From NCBI RefSeq assembly GCF_009914755.1, contig NC_060942.1: a stretch of DNA of 64,000 nt, one strand, 5' to 3'. Both the position numbers and the translations under genes were made by a program. Numbering within the stretch: position 1 is the stretch's first letter; each line of letters begins with the position of its first letter. Below are positions 53,471 to 64,000 of this stretch, piece after piece. Below the pieces are notes generated by a model. It searched no databases, was not told the origin of the DNA, and saw nothing but the letters and a program-made list of their open reading frames with translations. The stretch is from the human T2T-CHM13v2.0 reference genome, Homo sapiens.

Positions 53471-55207
53471 TAACAACCTTTCCCTGACCAATAGGATCAA
53501 AAGAGGCTGTTATCAATCACTCTTAATTTACTGTAAACATAAAAAAAAAAAAAAACAGAAAAATCACCCAGTGTTTGTAAGCTACAACACAAACTCTCAG
53601 CAAATCTTTGGGTAACCCTGGCCCATGATTTAAGATGGTCAGTAATTCCTATCCCTACCACTAGACCATCTTTGTGCAAGAGAATGGATCTTGCTGTATA
53701 TAAGTGACTTTGATAATTATCAGGTTTTTTTATGTCTACATTATTCATTCCTCTGGCTGTGCAAGAGCGAGGGCACATTTTTCATACTGTTTTTTGAACT
53801 GCAGAGAAAAAAAGTTGAAAGGGAAAGGAAGAACATTTCACTTACTTGATTACATTAAAAGACAGTAATAGGGTTGGCTAATATTATTTAAAATGTACAG
53901 TAATTATAGTTTTTAAAATTACAATCCTAGTACATATTATACAAATAAAAATGTTATATAGCAAACAGTGACTTTTTTTATGTTCTCATGATAACTAATT
54001 AGTCCCCAGCTCCTATGACATTGACGTAATATGAGGTTAAAAGAGCTACAGGTATTAGGAGAGAACCCACAAGTGGGGCAGAACAAGAGTGGAAGCAGGT
54101 GGATATCTGGGGTCACATGTTGATGAAAAGTCTCCAGCTGATGAATTATGGGGGAACCCACATTTGAGATAGAGACTGGTATATTATACTCAATAAACTC
54201 AGCACACTTTCTGACCTTACTTTGGCTTTCTGTCTCAAAATTGTATATAAATTTAGTTCTGAGTATTTCATGACAACACTTGAACCCCTCAATGGATTTA
54301 TAGTCTCTATCATTCAAGGGGACTTGCTGTTTATTATTTAGATAAATTTTAGGCTTTTACTATTCCTAAATGGTGCTCAGGAGACCATGTCTTTGCTTTG
54401 AGTCTTACTGATTTTTTTTATATTAGAGACGACGTGAAAGGAATTTGTTAAAGATCAAATAAGATAAATTAATGAAAAACAGCTGGATAGAAGCACAACC
54501 AGGAATGGTAAATAGTGGTTAAACAACTCCAAGACCCCACAAGACACCACTGGTGATACTTTGACAGTTCCCTAGCTCTGCAGGACTTCCAGTTACCCAG
54601 ACATCTTTTTAAAGCCAATGAAAAAAACTCTACTGTGCAACAGCAGAGTGGGCTAGACTGCACTGCCTTTATTTCAAGAAGAAAACCAAAGAAATCTTCA
54701 TCTTAAATATGTTTTTCATGGAAGATTAAAACACACTTAGTAAGACCATTTTCTCATCCTGTGGGAGCTTTTTAGGACAGGATGATATGAAAATGGCATG
54801 TGTTTTATGTTTCATAGGTAATTGGAATACATTTGGTGAAGCCCCTGGAATAGGTACAGCGGGGAGTAGTAGCCTTGGACACAGTGGGCATATCCAGAGG
54901 TGGTGAAGACAGGGACAAGGAGGGAGGAATGAAATAAAGGATCTGTGGCTCTGGACTAGAGGACTGTTGGAGAGAATGAGGAAGCCAGAGAGCTAATAGA
55001 CATTTAGTAGGTGTTTGATAATAAGTGTGAATGAATGAATACGATGAAGAACTTCACCTGGATGTACAGCCAACAGACCAATCTTTTAAAGCTTATAAAT
55101 GCTAAATCTATTACCAAAAGAATGGAGTGTTGAGGAGAGCTTAACATAAGATGGCAGCTCGGAGCTTTGATGCCCCTCGCTGTCAATCAGCAGTATCACC
55201 TCAGAAC

Positions 55208-55408
55208 AGGGTCATCAGACTACAGCCCAAAGGAGGGCCAACTTTGGCCCTCTGCCTGTTTTTGTAATAACGGTTTATCATTTTTACATTGTTATCTTTT
55301 ACATGGCAACATAAGTATCGATATACCATCCTCGATTTTGCCTCTTGGTCCACAGAGCGCAAAAAAATTTATTATCTGGCCCTTGATGGAAAGTTTGCCT
55401 TACCACTG
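55208..55408. mobile_element. MER58C-like hAT-Charlie MITE
   Basis: cagggtcatcagactacagccc...tgcctgtttttgtaa...tttattatctggccctt...aaagtttgcc...ctg. Near-perfect 8-bp TSD cctcagaa / tctcagaa. Confidence 0.75.
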
Positions 55409-55476
55409 TCTCAGAATATGACAGAAAATGTTATCAGTATAGATACTGATAAGCATGGTTTTTATTGACAGTAACA

Positions 55477-56484
55477 CAGGCACATCTTGCTTAATGATGG
55501 GAATCGTTCTGAGAAATGTATAGTTAGGTGATTTTGTCATTGTGCAAACATCATAGAGTGTCCTCACACAAACTTTACATGGTAGAGCTGACTACACACC
55601 TAAGCTGCATGGTGTAGCCTATTGCTCATAAACTACAAACCTGTACAGCATGTTATTGTACTAAATACTATAGGCAGTTACTGTAGGTAACATGATGGTA
55701 TTTGTGTATCAAAACATAGAAAAGCCACGTAAATATTTTGTACAAGAGATTAAAAATGATGGACTTATATAAGGCACTTACCATGAATGGAGCTTGCAGG
55801 ATGAGAAGTGAGTCAATGAGTGAGTGGTAATCGAATACAAAGACTTAGGAAGTTACCGTACTTACTATAGACTTCATAAACACTGTACGCCTAGGCTACA
55901 CCAAATTTATTTTAAAAATTATTTTCTTCCATAACAAATTCACCTTAGCTTACTGTAACTTTTTTTTACTTTATAAACCTTTAATTTTCTTTCTTTCTTT
56001 CTTTGTTTTTTTTTTTTGAGACTAAGTCTCACCCTGTCACCCAGGCTGGAGTGCAGTGGCACAAACATGGCTCAATGCAGCCTCAACCTCCTGGGCTCAA
56101 GCAGTCTTCCTGTCTTAACCTGCTAGGACTACAGGTGCACACTACCACATCTGGCTATTTAAAAAAAAAAAAAAAAGAATGTTTTTGTAGAGATGGAGTC
56201 TTGCCATGTTGCTCAGGCTTGTCTTAAACTCCTGATCTCAAATGATCCTCTCACCTCGGCCTCCCTAATTGTATGTGCTAGACTTTTATACTACTGGCAG
56301 CACAGTAGATTTGTTTATAGTAGCATCACCACAGACACGTGAGTAATATGTTGCGCTACTACATTACAATGGCTGTGATGTCACTAGGCAATAGGAATTT
56401 TTCAGCTCCACTACAAGCTTATAAGACCACTGTCATACATGCAGTCCGTCATTAACCAAAACATTATTATGCAGCTCATGACTG
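55477..56484 (-). mobile_element. Tigger3b-like (Golem) TcMar-Tigger element, interrupted by an AluJ
   Basis: gttctgagaaatg...tgtgcaaacatcatagagtg...ctacaaacctgtacagcatgtta...cactaggcaataggaatttttcagctcca...catgactg|ta. Confidence 0.9.
55985..56265 (-). mobile_element. AluJ, 5'-truncated, nested in Tigger3b
   Basis: (CTTT)n/T tail; gcagcctcaacctcctgggctcaagc; ends at cctcggcctccc. Confidence 0.92.
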
Positions 56485-58189
56485 TACTGAGTAGTCTCAG
56501 TCATTCACCACCAACCTAGCAGAATTAGGTCCATTTTTTTTAAACATATGTTATGATTTTTCTTTCACTGATTGAAGAAATTTTTCCAAATTATTCGTTT
56601 TTGTCTATCTATGTTTGGTTATTCAACAGGTATTTGTTAAATACCTCTGAAATAGGCAAGGGTTCCCAGGGGTTGTATGAAATAAACAATATGATTCATG
56701 TTTGCTCCCTTGGAGTTTGCAACATAATAAGGTAGAAATTCTCAAAAATATGATCTGCAACAGGAAGATCAGAGCCACAAGAGAGGTACAATAAAGGGCT
56801 ATCACTTCTGAGAGCTGAGTCTGTCACTGCTATTCAGTGAAGACTTTCTGTCTCTGCACAGGCCTGTGTCTACCGTTTACATTTTGTAAAAGAGGAACCT
56901 GATGAGAATTTATGTTTACTCTTTGGCTTAAAATGTATCACTAGCTCTAAGGTACTACCGGAAATCACACCATGTCAGAGGCCATGTGAATGCCGTCGGC
57001 ACTGGCCCCTGCCTGCTAGTATGGTGGGTCCAAGGTACTAACCAAGAGCTTTCTTTTGCAATTGAGAATACCTTCTTTTTTCATATACATTATAAAAACT
57101 GCTCTATTAATCTACTTGGAATCATCTGGGGCTCTTTCTTTTTTGAACAACCCACATAGAGTCCCTCAAAAACCCTATTGATGCTATCTTTAAAATGGGT
57201 CCTGAATATGGATTCTAGGAAAGGCTCTAATTAGAATATTTTTAGAATTTGGAACAACCAACGCCTGCATGCAGTAAGCCCTTTTAAGTAGAGGCATGCA
57301 TATTTCTTCATCTTTCAGTTTCCTTCAGGTGAAGACACATGAATAGGTCCTTCATCCTTGAGGTTCACATTAGACCATGAATAAGTTGCACATATAGACG
57401 CCAGAAATTCCCTTACAGTTCTGACCTTCTAGAGAGGCTTCATTCTTGCTCCCCAAGTCTTCCCCCATGGAACTTAAGTCACCATCTATAAAACAAGTTA
57501 TTTGAGAAGTCCTTTAATAAATGCTGACCTCGTGAGCAGTTTAAAACTCATTGGTGCTTAGTTCCAAAGCTGATGTTTCTGTTATCACTGTGGGTTTTCC
57601 TTCTTGATACCATTCATGGACTAAGCAGAAAAATATCACCTTTCTATTGAGACAAGACACAGTAAATATCATGACAAAATGAATGACAGCATTTTAATGA
57701 AAATCGCTATTTGGCCTCTATCTTTAGAAAATTGGACTTGTTATAATACAAATGTTTTATCACTGATGAGTCCCCACATCAGACGTTATGCCACAATGTC
57801 AACCATGAGGTTTGCTGAATTTTTAAGGTTTTCCCTGGACCTGTCAGACCTTTGTGGAATTAATCCTTCGTATTTGTAATAGGAGTTTCCACAAGATGAA
57901 TACTTCATTTCTCATGAATCATAATAAAGCAGCCCACGCTTTGTCAGCAAAGTGACCTCTGCAGTCTTTTATCTTCAAGAGAAAAGATTAGACTCTCTAT
58001 TTTATGGATAATGAGGTAGGTTCTTGGTCTCTTGGCACCTTCAGTAACTGTACTCTTTGTGGTCTTGTTTCAGTCTGTGATAAACTGATCAGAGGGTGAT
58101 TATAGCAAATCTCTTAGTATGACAAATTTCCTCCTAAATTTGAGGGTAATTTTTTTCTGTAAGTAGCAAAGTTAATAGGTGTGGACTCA

Positions 58190-58330
58190 TAGACTTTTAT
58201 AATATTAGAGCTGAAGATGCCTCCTTGTTTTATTAATGAGTGAATTGATTCCCAGTGGTGTAGCCCACACTTAGAAGGCTAACGAGGGGCAGATCAGACA
58301 AAGAACTCAGGTCTCCTGACCCCTGTGCTG
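58190..58330 (-). mobile_element. MIR fragment
   Basis: aatattagagctgaag...agaactcaggtctcctgaccc. Confidence 0.55.
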
Positions 58331-58643
58331 GGAGCTTTCTTTTGCAATTGAAAGTGCCTTCTTTTTTCATATAAACTACATAAATTGCTCTGTTAATCTC
58401 CTTGGAGTCTTCTGGGGCTCTTTTCTTTTTTGAGCTACGCTCATCTCATCCCTCAAAACCCTATTGACTCTATCTTTAAAAATGGGTCCTGAATATGATC
58501 ATTTCTCATGACCTCTACTGCAATACCTTAGGCCAAATCTCATCATTTCTCACCTGAACAATGGAAATAGCCTCCAATCTAGTTTCTCTGCTTCTTCCAA
58601 TGACCTCTGTTCTCAAGACAGCAACCAGAGTGATCCTTTAAAA

Positions 58644-58851
58644 CAGGGGTTCTCATCCTCATCACTACTGATGTTTTGGGATGGGTAATTTTTTCTTGTG
58701 AGGGTCTGACCTGTGCATTGTAGGATGTGCTACGTCCCTCTACATGGTGGATGCCAGTAGCACCCCTCTCAGATGTGACAACCAGAAATGCCTCCAGACA
58801 TCGCCAGAAATTTCCTAGGGGATGAAATTGTTCCTCCATTGACAACTACTA
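58644..58851 (-). mobile_element. MER20
   Basis: caggggttctca...cctgtgcattgtaggatg...gatgccagtagcacc...gtgacaacc...ctccagaca. Perfect 8-bp hAT TSD ctttaaaa at 58636-58643 and 58852-58859. Confidence 0.93.
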
Positions 58852-59104
58852 CTTTAAAACATAAATTGGACCTTTTTGCTCTCCTTATTGAAACTCTTCT
58901 GTAAATTTGACAGAGTTAAAGCAAAATTCTTTCACTTGCCTATGAGGTCCCATTGAATCTCACTGTGAGCCCTCAGACCTTGCTTGCTGGAACTCTCTCA
59001 TTCACTCCAACCCAACTATTCCTGGGGTGGGCTCGTCACACCTGCCTGGGTGCCTTAGCATCCTCTGCCTGCGGTGTTCTTCCCCTATATATCTGCTCCA
59101 CGTC

Positions 59105-59492
59105 TGTGATGAACTGAGGGTTTGCATCCCCCAGAATTCATGTATCAAAATCCTAACCTCCAATGTTATAGTATTAAGAGGTGGGACTTTGGGGAGATAA
59201 TTAGGGTTAGACAAGATCATAAAGGTAAGTCCCCCATGATAGGATTACCTTTCCTATAAGAAGAAGAAGAGACATCTGAGCTCTCTGTCTCCCCATGAAC
59301 AAAGAAGAGGTCATGTGAGCACACAGTGAGATAGTGGGCACTTACTGGCCAAGAAAAGAGGCCTGAGAATGGGACCTGCCTTGCTAACACCTTGATCCTG
59401 GACTTCCCAGCTTCTAAGTCTGTGGGAAACAAATCTTTTTAAGCCACCCAATCTGTGGTATTTTGTTATGGCAGCTGAAGCAGACTATGACA
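59105..59492 (+). mobile_element. MaLR solo LTR (MSTD/MLT1A-like)
   Basis: tgtgatgaactga...aattcatgt...gaagaggtcatgtgagcacacag...caccttgatcctggacttcccagc...tgtggtattttgttatggcagc...gaca. Confidence 0.9.
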
Positions 59493-61331
59493 ATATCCTT
59501 CTTCACAATATTCAGGTCTTTGCTCAAGTCTTGCCCTCCTCAATGAAACCTTCTCCAAATCCCACAACTCCTTCCTTTCCCTCTTGATTTTCTTCTATAG
59601 CACTTAGTCTCTTCTGACATTGTACATATTTTCTCAGTTAGTTCTTTATTGTCTGTTCCTTCCTACTAGAATATAAAACCTAGAAGGATAGGGATTATTA
59701 GGCTGTTTATTATTGGATTCTTCAAGGCTGTTTGTTCCCAGCCTTGAATAATGCCTGATGCAGTAGGTGCTCAATAAATATTAGGTGGATGAAGGAATGG
59801 CATGAAGATGTTTAAATATCTTTTACACCACTGCTAAGCATTACAGTAAAAACAAAATAATATTACAAAGTTTATGGTTTCAATTGCATTTTGTCAATGC
59901 AATATTTTTCCTTTGGCCTTTAAAGCAAAATTTCAAACTTACTAGGCTTACTGACAAAGTGCTACCATAAATGTGCCACTAAAAAGCAAGCAATTTTCCA
60001 AGTAGAAGTGAGAACTATGACATGTAGTATGAATGAGTTCCCCTTTGAGAAAACCTAACCGAAAACAATCCAATTAAGAATGGGCGTAGAAGGATCCTGA
60101 AAATAACAAGTATCAAATTTGAATATAAAATATGATCACAACCATGTGGATAATAAAGCAAATCATTATAAATGAAGAAATAATTAATTTCCTGGAAGGA
60201 AATGCACAGAAACTTTAACAGTTTCTGTTAAAATGATCATTATTGGATAAGCAAGGTTATGGACAATTATTATGATATATGATTTTATGTCCATATTTTT
60301 GTATTGTGTACACTAAATATGGGTAACTTGATAAGAGATTTCTAAAAGTTGATTGGTCACTTCACAATAAATGGCATCTCCAAAGCTTGTCTACTTGGCT
60401 GCCATCAAAATGGAGAAAATCTCATGCACTGGGTACTCCTTAAATCACACTTTTTCTAAATACTCACAAGAGCACTTCTTAGTGTTTTAGTTGACAGTTC
60501 TGCATTTATAAAATGCCATCCCTCTCTCTACTTAGAGAAAGACTGATGAAAAACACGGAAGCTAAAGCTAGCTTATATTTCATCAAACTGAGAGGGAAGA
60601 AGGCTCAAACCCAGGGCAGATTAAGCAACACATCAAAGTTTCTCTTTTTAGTGTTAATTTTGTATGAGACCTGGGGCATGATAACCTACATGTCCGGAAA
60701 TGTTACTTGTTGGGCTGGAAAAAAAATTTCATTACAATTTTCCTGGTATCACACAGCAAAATCAAACTGCAGCTTAGAGAGTTAGCTCTTGGGGCAACAA
60801 AGGAATGAGGAAGTTACTCTCCCGCTCCAACTTAGCCCTTATTATTGTTCTTTACCATTGGATTTAGCCAGAGGACACTCAGGCAGTTGCCTGGGGCACA
60901 CACTTCTTGCCCTTTAAAAACCTCAGATCTCTGCAAAGCTTCTTCAGCTTTGTGGAAGATGCCATGTGCTCGGAATGTCGGATGTGGAGCCTCTGTGTGG
61001 GCTCACTAAGAGATTTCAGCTGGGACAGTTGCTTTGTGAACTCCACATCTTACCTTTATATTTCCAAATTTAGTTCCCTGTAAAGGGAAGAGAAAAAGAA
61101 GAATCAGGGTATCAAGAGCAAATCGGTTCAGCACCCTTTTGCTGAGAATATTTGGTGGTGTTGCACTTGGTCAGCAAATGTCCTGACACTAAAATCACTT
61201 CCTGATTCAGTCATGCTAGCTTTCCAAGAATTTACTCTTCTCTAGATATGTGACAACTGAGGAGCACAGTAGGAATTTATTTGCTAGTTGCTTACTTTAG
61301 CTATGGTCTTAAGAAGGAATTTCATGGAGGA

Positions 61332-61545
61332 TAGGTTTCTCAGATAAAATACAGGATGCTCTGTTATATTTGATTTTGAGTAAATAACAAATAATATTTT
61401 AGTATAAGTAGGTCTTATGCAATATTTATTTAGTATAAGTATTTAGGACATGTTTATACTAAAATTTATACTAAATTTGTTTTTCATATGAAATTCTAAT
61501 ATAACTTGTGTCCTTAATTTTTGTTCACTAAATCTGGCAACTCTA
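61332..61545. mobile_element. MER53 palindromic hAT MITE
   Basis: cagataaaatacaggatg...ttttagtataagta...ttatactaaaa...tgaaattc...ctaaatctggcaactcta. Confidence 0.85.
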
Positions 61546-62616
61546 ATGAGGGAGAAACTTTGACTGTTCCTTTTAAATTTTCACTTAAATTTTCATCCAT
61601 AGCTTCCCTATATTTTAATGATCCTTAATAAATTCCCATAGTAAAATGTATATGTTTTCTTTCCTGATCAGCCTTTTTTTACATTATTTAAGTTCAGGAA
61701 TTAATTCCACATAACTTAATTCATTTCTGATTTGCATTTTTTAGTAATAAAAATTTGTCTTAAATGGCTTTAAAGTGTTAGTCTCTGGCAACTGTGGAAT
61801 GAATGTACTCTTTTAAAAATATGACCATGTATTCTGACAATATTTTTTAATGTCTTATCAAAGTGAATAAAATGGCACCAGTGCTTCACAGAAACCCCAA
61901 TAGTCATAGGTGCTGGTCCTTTGGTGAGTGCACACTTTCTCTCTCTGGTCTAGCGGAAATTAAAGTCTTCCATTAATGGGAAATACACAAAGCACACCCT
62001 CAGGCTACAGCACAGTTAAATGGCTATTGTGGTTTTCCCATCTAGAGACTAAACTAGACTAAGGGGCAGATCAGCCTGGTAAGTGTCTACAATTATATTG
62101 TGGAACTAAAATGGAATAAAAGAAAGGCAATGTGATAAAGAATACTGGATGAACCCAAACTTCTTTTGGAAGAGGCTTGTAGTTATTGTCACTGTTTAGA
62201 AGAAATCCTCTCATAGCCCCTTATGTGAAGAATCAAGAATATTCCAAGGAATATTCTAAATGTCCAAATGACCATGGAAGTTTAATTTTGCTTAATGGGG
62301 TAAGGCCATTTGGGGCCCAAACAGTGTGCTGGTTGTAACAGAGGAAAGATTAGGTATTGTAAACAATAGTCCTCTTTCTTGATCCTTTCTCCACTTCAGC
62401 CTTTCAAAGAGAAATATATAATAAATATTAATAAAACGTGTTGAAATAAGTGTTCAATTATTTGCCTTTCTAGATTATCCTTCTAAGTTCACCTACTTAC
62501 TTAGAAAAATAATCAACCCAAATTACACAAATTCCTCAAATATGAAAAGTCATGACAAGATAGTAGAAGGGACACAAGAACCCCCTTGCTCCAATCCAGG
62601 CCGCCAGATGTTTTGG

Positions 62617-63167
62617 AGCAAAGTTCTAGAGTTTTAGTTAACGTGAGAATTACCTGGAAGACTTCTTAAAGTACAGATTGCTGGGCTCTACTGCCACAGT
62701 TTCTGATTGGGTAGGTATGGGGCAGGGCCTAGAATTGTGCATTTTAATATGTATTTTTGTTTTTAATTGGCACACAATAGTTGTACACATTTATAGGATA
62801 CAGGCTGATATTTTGTTACATGTATACAATGTTTGGTGATCAAATCAGACTAGTTAGCACATCTATCACCTCAAAGAGTTATCATTTGTTTGGGTTGGGA
62901 ACATTCAAAATCATTTCTTCCAGCTATTTGAAAATATTCACCAAATTATTGTTAACTTTAGTCACAGTACAGTGCTATAGAGCATTAGAACTTACTCCTC
63001 CTGTCTAAGGGGTGTAATTTTGTATTCCTTAAGCAACCTCTGTCTATCCCCTCCCTACCCTTCCCAGCCTCTTGTAACCATTGTTCTACTTAACATTGTG
63101 CGTTTTCAGCAGGTTCCCAGGAGGTGTTGCTGTTGCTAGTCTAGGGACTGTACTTTGAGAACCACTG
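62617..63167. mobile_element. MER5A, split by an L1MA insertion
   Basis: gaattacctggaag...cagattgctgggc...tttctgatt...ggggcagggcctagaattgtgcatttt | ...ttcccagg...ctttgagaaccactg. Confidence 0.85.
62746..63094 (-). mobile_element. L1MA-type 3' end (L1MA5-7-like)
   Basis: acatgtatacaatg...tgatcaaatcag...gaacattcaaaatc...cccttcccagcctct. TSD attgtgcatttt (62734-62745) and attgtgcgtttt (63095-63106). Confidence 0.9.
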
Positions 63168-64000
63168 TTTCAGAATTTGTATTCTGATATACTAAACCAA
63201 GTGAAGTTAACATATGCTTAGGGATTCTGTTAATTCATGTTTGTTTGTTTTTGTTTTTTAAATTCCTGCTCCATTGCATGGCCTCATAAGTATTATAATT
63301 TTTTTCCAGGGCTAAAGACCAGAGTTAAAGTTGTACATGTAATTGATATTTGATAAATTGAAAGTAGATTATATTGCATCATCCATAGAATTATTTTTAT
63401 TTCCTTCAATGGAGGTCTCTTTATTTGTCTTAAGCCAAAAGAAGCAAATGTGGTAGCATCTATTTCTAAGAAAAGATGATAGTGGCATGGTTTTCTGGGT
63501 TGATATGAAGATTCACGGATCATCAGAAACTCTAAGCACCCCAAAATGAAAGTTTGTGTAATTTTAAGTGATACAATTATGCATAGCAAGTTCTATGGGG
63601 ATTTGTATGACATTTTCTAATCTCAAAATCTTGTAGGAGCTTTTTTCCCCACTTCCAAGCTACTTCTTATAAATTTCATTTTGAGCTTCTATTGCCTTAA
63701 CCAGAAGCTTTTACATTTTGGACCTGGAAAGAGATTTCTGACTCCACAGAGAATTATTTTTTACACTTAACAATGTTTGATATTGTAGATAAAATGTCAT
63801 ACCTTAAAAACCTCATTTTAAGTTAGTTTGCCTCTGCGACTGAATGGTCTTTGGAACTGAGAAGAATATGATAAAGAGAGCAAGCACAAAGGGACCAAGC
63901 TTAGAGAAATATTTGTACTATTTGATCATTTTGGTGAGTTTCTAAAATATATTAAGAATATTCTCTATGTATAGATAATTAATATAAACTTGAAATGTCT

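Larger units (their letters stand above)
58450..59800 (+). mobile_element. L2a 3' region, interrupted by MER20 and a MaLR LTR
   Basis: catcatttctcacctgaac...cagcaaccagagtgatccttt; tcaggtctttgctcaag; ctactagaatataaa...gtaggtgctcaataaatatt. Confidence 0.85.

Noticed and set aside
62046-62078. 33-nt ag|...|gtaagt micro-exon candidate
   Set aside because: Stop codons in all three frames and a weak acceptor; likely a chance donor match.

Overview
This is AT-rich, CpG-depleted, non-coding primate DNA, most likely human, judged from its AluJ/S/Y, L1M, L2, MIR, MaLR/ERVL LTR and MER/Tigger content. It is intergenic or deep intronic. I found no credible protein-coding exon, rRNA, tRNA, CpG island or CRISPR array. 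The supplied ORFs are chance ORFs or translations of Alus, LINEs and simple repeats. I cannot identify the locus or a host gene. Repeat families were assigned from recalled consensus sequences, so subfamily names and the boundaries of old MIR/L2/L1M copies are approximate. I do not see a new biological system. The best observations are: (1) a clean scar of an inverted 31-bp templated insertion with 3-nt microhomologies and a 14-bp duplication (51305-52375); (2) two older local duplications at similar 1.3-1.4 kb spacing; (3) a multi-layer fold-back mosaic with a nearby hairpin cluster at about 33.1-33.6 kb; (4) a decayed Gypsy-like gag / zinc knuckle / protease relic at about 3.2-4.5 kb; (5) several repeat-free, motif-rich blocks and one well-formed non-coding exon candidate.
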